A program made the translations under genes and the position numbers. A model generated the notes under the pieces. That model worked only from the letters and a program-made list of their open reading frames with translations, did not search any database and was not told where the DNA came from. Positions 56,333-64,000 of a stretch of 64,000 bases of DNA are shown piece by piece. The number at the start of each line of letters is the position of its first letter. The first letter of the stretch is position 1. Source of the DNA: a virus (taxonomy: Duplodnaviria > Caudoviricetes); the IMG/VR virus record IMGVR_UViG_3300036797_000054, positions 32,001 through 96,000 of that record; one strand, given 5' to 3'.

Positions 56333-56713
56333 ATGCCTGACCCGACGATCCCCATCGTCTACATCGTGTTCAACGGGCCGCTCGGCATGTCGCCGGGCAA
56401 GATGACGGCGCAGGCGTTCCAGCTCGCCGAGCGTCTGTTTCGAGCGGCCGATTCCTACGACGTGCCGATGGGAGAGCGCGTTGACCACCTACAGCGGGTA
56501 GGCGCGTGGCGCAAGCACACGACGACGATCACGCGCGTCGCCAAGACGCCGACGATGTGGGAGCGCGTCAAGGCCGAGGTCGAGGGCGTCGTCATGGTGG
56601 ACGAGGGCTACACCGAGGTCGAGCCGGGCAGCGAGACGTGCTTCGCGTCGTGGCCGATGCTGGTGGGCGACGCGCCGAAAATCCTCTCGAACGCCAAGGT
56701 GCCGCTGCTGTAG
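56333..56713 (+). CDS. peptidyl-tRNA hydrolase, Pth2 family
   Basis: YIVFNGPLGMSPGKMTAQA..VDEGYTEVEPGSETCFASWP matches Pth2 MxxGKxxAQ / DxGxTxxxPGSxT motifs. Confidence 0.85.
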   Translation: MPDPTIPIVYIVFNGPLGMSPGKMTAQAFQLAERLFRAADSYDVPMGERVDHLQRVGAWRKHTTTITRVAKTPTMWERVKAEVEGVVMVDEGYTEVEPGSETCFASWPMLVGDAPKILSNAKVPLL

Positions 56714-56941
56714 TGTTGCTTCTCGTGATCCGCCGAGCCCGTGAATACCGTCGCCGCCGCCGCTTGAGAAGGGTCGTGGCCGTAGTGGTAGAGATCAGCC
56801 AGACGTTCGATCCGCATGGAACGAACACTGCGCTGAATAAGGTCCTCACGCGCATCGTGCTGGAGCGCATGTAGCGGGCTACACGGTACGGTGTAGGCGA
56901 CGCCGCCTGATGGCGTTGACGGCGCGGGTAGACTACCGCGC

Positions 56942-57388
56942 ATGGAGTGGAAGTGCGAGCTGCCGCTGCGCCCGGAGAGGCACTTTCTCGTGCCTGCCGC
57001 GGCGCGTGAGCTGAAGGAGATGGTGCGCAGCGTGCCGATCGTGCTCGGCGTCGATCCCAACGACCTGACACGGCGCGGGGACGAGCTCGGCGAGGAGGTT
57101 GGCGCTGTCGATTCGTCCGAGATGGTGATCGCGGCCGACGGCTGGCCGCGCGTGAAGATCACCTGCCGGTTGGACTCCGACAAACTGCCGCACAGCATCC
57201 GCGAGGGGCTGGCAGCGGGCACCGTCGGCGTCGGTTTCGCCGGGCGCATGAGCACGCACCGCTGCAAGGGCGACGACGAGCACACCATGATTGGCGGCTT
57301 CAACGCGCTGGAACACCTGGCGATCGTGCCGGTGTCCGCGGAGCCCGTGGACGAGGGTCCCGTGGACGAGCCGGTGCGCATGGTGTGA
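56942..57388 (+). CDS. hypothetical protein, weak prohead-protease-like motif
   Basis: leaderless TAGACT-N7-ATG; VGVGF..LEHLAIV. Confidence 0.45.
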   Translation: MEWKCELPLRPERHFLVPAAARELKEMVRSVPIVLGVDPNDLTRRGDELGEEVGAVDSSEMVIAADGWPRVKITCRLDSDKLPHSIREGLAAGTVGVGFAGRMSTHRCKGDDEHTMIGGFNALEHLAIVPVSAEPVDEGPVDEPVRMV

Positions 57389-57642
57389 CCGGGCGCAGCA
57401 TCCGGCGCGTCAAGTCGATGCGCGTGTGGGATGACGCCGACGGCAGTACGCAGGTCGAGCTGACGACGCTCGACGGCACGGTCGAGCAGTTCGAGTTTGG
57501 CCGCACCGATGCGCGCGCTCTCGGCCATGCGATCCGCATACCGGCCGGGAGTGATCATCGTCACGAGCGCCGCGCCGCGATCGAGCGCATGGCCGAGGAC
57601 CGCGACGCCTTGGCGCGAGCGGTCGAAATCCTCGGAAAGTAG
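57385..57642 (+). CDS. hypothetical protein
   Basis: GTGA coupling. Confidence 0.5.
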   Translation: MTGRSIRRVKSMRVWDDADGSTQVELTTLDGTVEQFEFGRTDARALGHAIRIPAGSDHRHERRAAIERMAEDRDALARAVEILGK

Positions 57643-57744
57643 AGGCGAAAAATCAGCGGATTCTGCGCGCCTGATTCTGCGCCTGTACATATGCTTGCGA
57701 AGGTGCTACCATCTGCTGCGCAACCTAGCTGATGGAGGATCACG

Positions 57745-60484
57745 ATGGAGTTGGAGTGGCACAAAGAGCGGCGCGGCCGCTACTCGACAACCGACGAGTA
57801 CGGCACGCACTGGCACACGCACCAAAGGACGAGCGGTGCATGGCCCGTTTACCGCGATTCGGTCGAGGCGTTCGAGGGCGCATCACTCGCTGACGTGAAG
57901 AGGATGGTCCCTCGCGAGATCAAACGCGAACGCGCGACGCCCAAGACCGAGCTGATCGAGCATGTCACCGAGCAACCCGAGGACTGGATCGAGCTGCGCT
58001 GCGGCGAGCTGCACGGCGCGTTCATCCTGACGATCGACGGCGGCATCGAGGAAGCGAGCGAGTGGCACTCGCGCAGCGAGCCCGATTGGAACAGCACGAG
58101 CAGCATCCTGCGCATCGGCAACCTGGAGACAATCGGCAACATCCGCAAGCATCTCCAGCACATCGCTCAGGAGCGCAAGGACTACCCGCTGCACATGAAG
58201 CTGCGCGAAGTCAAGGAGCAGGCGCAGGCGATCGGCGAGTTCTTGGACTACGGCTTGCCGCGGCTGGGCAAAGGCATGGCGGTCTACGAGCGGATCGTGC
58301 GCCCGTGCGAATGCCGCTACTGCGAAGTGAGCGACGCCGTGCACGGGATGCACACAGAGGAGGAGGTCGCGAACGCCGTGGACGGGCGCGTGCAGGTCGA
58401 GGAATGGGTGCCCACGCACCGCACGATCCAGTCGATGCTCGGCGAGCACTTCGGGATTGACGAGGCAGCGCTGAACGCCGAGAAGGACGCGATGCTCGCG
58501 GCGATGCAGCGTGGGTAGCAAACCGTGGAAGAACGATCTGATCTATCGCCTGCTCAGCAGCGAGGACTACCGCGAGCACCGCGCCTTCACGCTCACACGC
58601 GGACAACGGAGCTGGACGGGGCCAATCGAGTGCGGCCCGGCGGTCATTTGGGTGGAGGTCGCAGGCGAGCCCGACCCCGAGGCGGTCGCCGTGCCGATCG
58701 ACAGGGTGCTGGAGATCAACGGCACGCCTGCGCCCGAGTGGCGCGAGGAGCCGACGCATGGCTAGCGTGCACCTGATCAAGTTCAAGGACGGGAACATGG
58801 CACGGATCGGCCGCCTGCGCGGCCAGATGACCGTGCGTATCGACCGCTTTGGCTGGCCGCTGCCGCGCCTGCTGAGCACAATCGAGGACGGCACGAACGC
58901 GCTGGTGTGGGACTTTGCGAATCCCGCCGCCAGCCGCATCCCGACGCCTGCGGCGCGCTCGGCCTATGTCGTGCTCTACCGCAAGGTGAAAGAGAGCACG
59001 CTGCCAAACGACGACGAGCCGCTGTTCGCCCGCGGCGCGGAATACGAGGTCTGCCGCATCGCGCGCTACACCGGGGACGGTGACGATTTGCCGCACGGGA
59101 CCGCGCTCGTGGATCTCGGTCCCGATCCAGACGGGATGCTCGGCGGGGCGCTCGCGGTGCACGATGGCGAGCGCTCGGCGCTGCGCGTGCTGCGCAAGTG
59201 GGGGGTGGGCTTCCCGCCCGAGTCGATCCTGCACGCTGACCCGTTCGGCGCGGGCATCGCCGAGTACGTCCCGCTGTGCAAATGCGGGCGGCTGCTGCAA
59301 CCGACTGACATCGGCGATCCGGGCTACCCCGAGGCGTTCCAGTGCGGCCTCGCCGACGTGCAGCCTGACCACGACACCTGGACGCCGGGAGAGAGCACAT
59401 GACGAGATTGCGATGGACGCTGATGCACCCCGAGGAGGCAATGGTGGAGGTCGCGAAGGCGTCGAGCGGCCCACCTGTGCCGCGCGGCGAGTCGATCGAG
59501 GTCATCGCTGTCAAGCGCGAGTTCACCGGGAGCGAGCTGCGCAAGGCGTTCGAGCTCACGCAGAAGGTCGATGGGACGAGCGAGGAGGAGCTGGGCGGCA
59601 TCGACCAAGAGCTGCTGATGGAGCGGGTGGTGGACTTCACGCAGTGGGTCATGGCGACGATGCCGCGGCGCATTGAAAAGACGCGCGCCGAGCTGATCAA
59701 ATACGGCAATGACCCCGCGCAGGCCGTGAACCTGATGGTCGAGGCGCAGATCGGCGCAGCCTTGACGTTCGGGATGCGCCTGCGCTGGCAACTGGACCGG
59801 CTCGATGGCTGAGTACAGCAGCGACGATCTCGCCGCGGCGGTGCTCGTCGTGGACTCGACGCAGGACATCACACAGATGCCCGACACCGATGCCGATGCC
59901 CTGCGCGAACAGGGTCGCATGTTCGCGCAGGACGTGCACAAGGGCAGCCGTAAACGCCGCTACGAGCTCGTCAAGAACGTGCTCGGCCGGTTGGAGGGCG
60001 AAGGTGGCTAAGAAGCTCATGCCGAAAGTCGCGCAGAGCGACGGCCGCTGCCACCTGTGCGGCGGCATGATCCTCGGCCGGTTCGGGAAAAGCGGCGTGC
60101 CGACGGCGCAGCAGGAAGCCGAAGTGCTCGTGGGCGACGGCGACCTGGAGGCCGCGTTCCCGCAGAAGCACCCCGACGACACGCTGGATCAGATCGTCAA
60201 GTACGAGGGCAAGTGGGTGCACTCGGATTGCGCACGCGATGCTGACGCAAACGTGAGTGCCGATGAGCCGATTGGGGGTGGATTCGTAGATGGCACACGG
60301 TGAGACGCTGTTCCAGACCTACAACAACCTGATCTCGCAGGGCCAGGAATGCGCGGCCCAGGCAGCCGCGGCGATCGCGGCCGAGGACGGCGAGGGCGCG
60401 GACCTGTGGGCGAAAGCGAGCGAGTCGCATTTCGCCGCTGCGCAGAAACTGATGCTGGCGAACGCTGCAAGGCAGCGCCGATGA
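57745..60484 (+). CDS. run of hypothetical ORFs (57745-58518, 58511-58765, 58758-59402, 59399-59812, 59805-60011, 60004-60303, 60290-60484)
   Basis: contiguous overlapping + strand ORFs with GGAGG-type RBS; no recognisable motifs. Confidence 0.55.
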
Positions 60485-60533
60485 CGCTGGGCTATCACCA
60501 CCTGTTCGCCTATGGGCGCGTAGGGTGATGAAG

Positions 60534-63500
60534 ATGGGCTTGAGGTTCTACCCGCGCGGTGTGCACACCACCGGCAACACGTACAAGCCGAGGCTCTCGG
60601 GCTACGGCCGCCTGTTCCTGGTGGTCGCGGACACTGACGATCCGCCCATGCCACACCCCGGCTACCGCGGTGAGCTGGTGTTGGACACGTTCGGTGTATG
60701 GGTGCGCGCAGACGCGCGGGCCGAGTGCGAGGTGATGATCAACGACAATTGGTGGGCCGTCGAGGTAGACAGCTTGATCCCGTGGGCGCGCATCGACTCG
60801 ATCGAATGGGGCACGAAAGAGGAACGAGGCGCGTAGCGGCACGACTACCGCGTGTCGTGCAAAGCTGTACAGCGCAAGGCAACCGACTGGAGGATGCGAG
60901 TGCGAGAGCAACTGGAGGATGCAGCGCAGGCGCTCAGCGTGTGGCTCTCGGGCACCGTCGATGACGCGCTCCGCTGGTGGGACCGTCCGCGCCCGCGGCG
61001 CTTCTGCCTGTGGGGCGGCAGTGCATCGTGGACGCAGATTGGCTCGATCGAGGACAAGTTCTACGTGCGCCGCGCCCGCGAAGATGCACGCCGCCGCCAG
61101 TCGTTCCGGCAGATCGTGCGCGCCATCGCCGCCCTAAACGAGCAGTTCACGCGCATAACCGTGGCGGCAGGCGAGGCCATGCGCCAGCTCACCGCGGCGC
61201 TGGCCCCGATCGCTGCCACGCAGGAGCGCCACGCACGGACGTTCGCTGCCGCGCTGGCCCAGCGCCAGCTCCCACCGCCAGGCGGCACATCGTGATCCGC
61301 GCCCGCTTCGAGAACCGCTGCGCGTGCGGGCGCACGATCCGCGAGGGCGACAACATCGGCCTCGTGGACGGCGAATGGGTCTGCGAGGAGTGCGTGGACG
61401 GGGCTGACGGCGGCGAGGACCCCGGAGCCGACGACAGATGAGCGACGAGGCGCAGGACAAGATCGTCACCGAGGCGCTGGTCGCGGTGCAGGAGCGCGAG
61501 CGACGCGACCCGATGCCCTCGCCGCAGGCTGGGTTGCTGCGCGCCATGGGCAACCCGAGCGAGCTGACCTCCGGCTCCATCGGCGGCTCGATGATCGAAG
61601 CGGTGACGGCGACGCGACCGGACCCGTGGACACCGATCGTCTACGAGGGCCACGACGAGGTGCCCGACGGCACGCAAGGCCCCGGCGAAGGCGCGGTGAT
61701 GCTGATGATCCTCGCGATGGAGCTCGGGCGCGAGATCGGCAAACGCGAACGCCAGGCCGAGGTCGATCAGATCGTGGAGGAGCGCGACACCAATGCCAAC
61801 GTCGCGGAGGGCTTGGCCGAGCGCGTGCATCACGAGCTGCACGATTACGGCGCGTACGTACGGGCGATGGACGAGGTGGTGAGCTCGTGATCGCGTTGCT
61901 CGCGGCAGCATTCCTGTCGGTCGGCCACGCGAAGCACGCGATCCGCGTGGACGCCAAGCTGGACAACCCCACGCACGTATGGGTTGATCACTGCCGTCGG
62001 CTCTCGCCGGTGCGCGTGCGCTGCCGCTTGACCGAGGAAATCATCGAAGCGCCGAACGGGCCGGACGGCATCGAGACGATTACCGCGCTCGGCGGCAACG
62101 TCACGGTGACGCGCGAGCGCAGGGGGCTGCTGAGGGTGCACCGCGATGGCTGAGCCGACACACGAGCTCGTCGTCGTCACCGACGCCGACGGCAAGACCG
62201 GCGCGTTCGGGATGCTCCAGCGCGATTGGCTGCTGGAGCACGGCTACATCGAACGCACGCCTGGGACGATGCAGCATGAGTTCCTTTCCACGCGCCTGAG
62301 CGTGTTCGAGCTGGACAAACTCGTGCAGGAACAGCGCGAGCTGCGCGAGTGCGATTTCTGCCAGACGGTGCCCACGGAGTTCCAGATCAACCTGCGCCAC
62401 CCGATCGACTCACCACCGCCGACGCCGGGACCGATAACGCGGCCGCTGTACGCCTGCGGGACGTGTGCGCATCTCGTGCGGATGAACCGGCGCTCGCTGC
62501 TGATCGAGCGCATGATCGAAGTGCCGCGCCAGCGCGTGCGTCCTGATCTTGCTCCCGCCGTGGCGAAAGCTGCGCTCGAACCGCAGATCAGCGTGTTCGT
62601 CTCCGCGATGTTCAGCGCGCGCAAGGGACTGCCGGTTCGCCAGTGACGCGCCAGGTCGGTGCCGAGTGAAGCGACCCGCGGACTGCCTGGAGGAGGCCCG
62701 CTACGTCGCGGGCGAGGAAGCGCGCCCCGACCTGCTCGCCACGGCGGACCAGCTCAACGCGCAGAGCGCCGAGATGCTGCGCTTCATGCAGGAGGCCAAG
62801 TCGCTGTCGCACAGCGCGTGGCTGCCCGACAACGAGATCACGCACGCGTTCAAGCTCGCCGCGGGCTACGCGTTCTTCGAGCGGATGCAGGAACCGCGCG
62901 GGCTCATGTGCCCGCACCTGATCGACCTGACGATCCCGCACATCGTGGACCTGACCGGCGGCTGGGCGGCGTGCCGCGAGTGCGTCTACACCTTCGCGCC
63001 GATCGAGCCGTGGTCATCCAACCACTGCGACGTGTGCGGCCAGTCGCCAACGAACAACCGCTTCACTCCATACGCTTTCAATCTCGGTGCGGCGATCGCC
63101 TCGGCGCACATCTGCGGCGAGTGCGTCGCCTTTCTGGAGCAAGCGCGTGACTGACGATCCGTACAACCACGACTTCGATCGCGAGGAGATGATCCGCTTT
63201 CGTTTGCGGCACAGGTTGGGGATCGACTACGACGGCAACGTTACGTCTCAACACGTTGGCGGCCACGAGGTGCCCGTTCTCGGGCAACGAGCCGCATGCA
63301 CGTTCGAGAACGAATGGCCGCCTGACGATCACCGTCGCGAGTTCGCCGCGTTCATAGAGGCCATGGTGCCGCCGCCGAGGAGGAGTGAGCCGTTCACTGT
63401 GCTTCCGTTCCAGGTCACTGCATACGGTGACATCTACCACCACGCTCGCTTCTCATGGTTCATCCGCGATGGCGGTTGGCCGAGGCTCTGCATCAGCCCC

Positions 63501-64000
63501 GGTGATCGCCCGCGTGTGCTGGAGCTGCCGCTGCCAACATGGCTGGCGAAGCGCATCGACCCTGCGCCGCACGCAAAGGCGAGTTCTCCGCTGTTCGCGC
63601 CCCGCATCGCTCGTACGGACTCGCCGTTGACGGTGGATTCCTGGCAGTCGATGGTTGATGCGCTCGGACGAGCGCCGCTCTTCCCGATGCCGCTCCAGCC
63701 GGGCAGCATCATCATCAGCCGCCAAGGCCACGAACGCATCGCTGAGATCGGCTACCGCGCGCAGATCGCGTCGAAGCTGCTCAAACGCGGCCCGTGGTGG
63801 CAGACGCCGATCGGTTGGGCGTTCGCGCTGTACGCGGCGTGGAGGGCATTTCGTGAGCGTTGAGCTGCCTGACGTACCGCTCGAAAACGACCCTGCTGCC
63901 CGCAGGCGATTCGAGCGCATCGGCAAATGGGGACCGGAGGTAGTCGCAGACCGGCTCGCACGTCACGAGGCACGCATCGCTGAGATCGACCGCATCCTCG
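60534..64000 (+). CDS. run of hypothetical ORFs (60534-60836, 60894-61295, 61292-61441, 61438-61890, 61887-62153, 62146-62646, 62666-63154, 63147-63863, last ORF partial)
   Basis: contiguous coupled ORFs, several with CxxC pairs, one with signal-peptide-like start. Confidence 0.5.

Noticed and set aside
1-64000. Long minus-strand and alternative-frame ORFs (e.g. 2332-3879, 28353-29771, 29793-31409, 8055-9452)
   Set aside because: They overlap well-supported + strand genes, lack motifs and are expected shadows in high-GC DNA.

Overview
This window is a 64-kb slice of a high-GC tailed phage with a contractile (myovirus-type) tail. Essentially all plausible genes are on the + strand. In order: end of the head module (peptidoglycan-binding protein, protease/scaffold, cement, major capsid), neck, sheath/tube, tail chaperone with a -1 frameshift site, tape measure, a PBSX/Xkd-like baseplate with an inserted glycosyltransferase, tail fibres and lysis genes (1-27.6 kb); recombination and replication genes (RecT-like, Cas4/RecB-like nuclease, HerA-like ATPase, initiator with internal iterons, DnaC-like loader, RuvC-like; 27.6-36.7 kb); then a long accessory region with an Rpf-like protein, a collagen/beta-helix fibre, three DNA methyltransferases, HNH proteins and many small ORFs. 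No terminase, portal, integrase or holin was recognised in the window. The host is inferred to be an Actinomycetota, from the Rpf, TetR and SLT sequence styles and the many leaderless TAGnnT promoters. The most striking element is at 55.85-56.71 kb. A candidate leaderless promoter precedes a Trp-rich 22-codon mini-ORF that runs into a circularly permuted (YrlA/Y-RNA-like) tRNA mimic. This is followed by two more deformed tRNAs (one with an expanded anticodon arm, one with an expanded D-loop) and a Pth2-type peptidyl-tRNA hydrolase, which together look like a tRNA-decoy/translation-rescue module. A fourth, D-armless tRNA-like RNA (~35.97 kb) and a five-hairpin sRNA (~40.17 kb) lie elsewhere. 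All calls come from motif recognition by eye; no searches were run.
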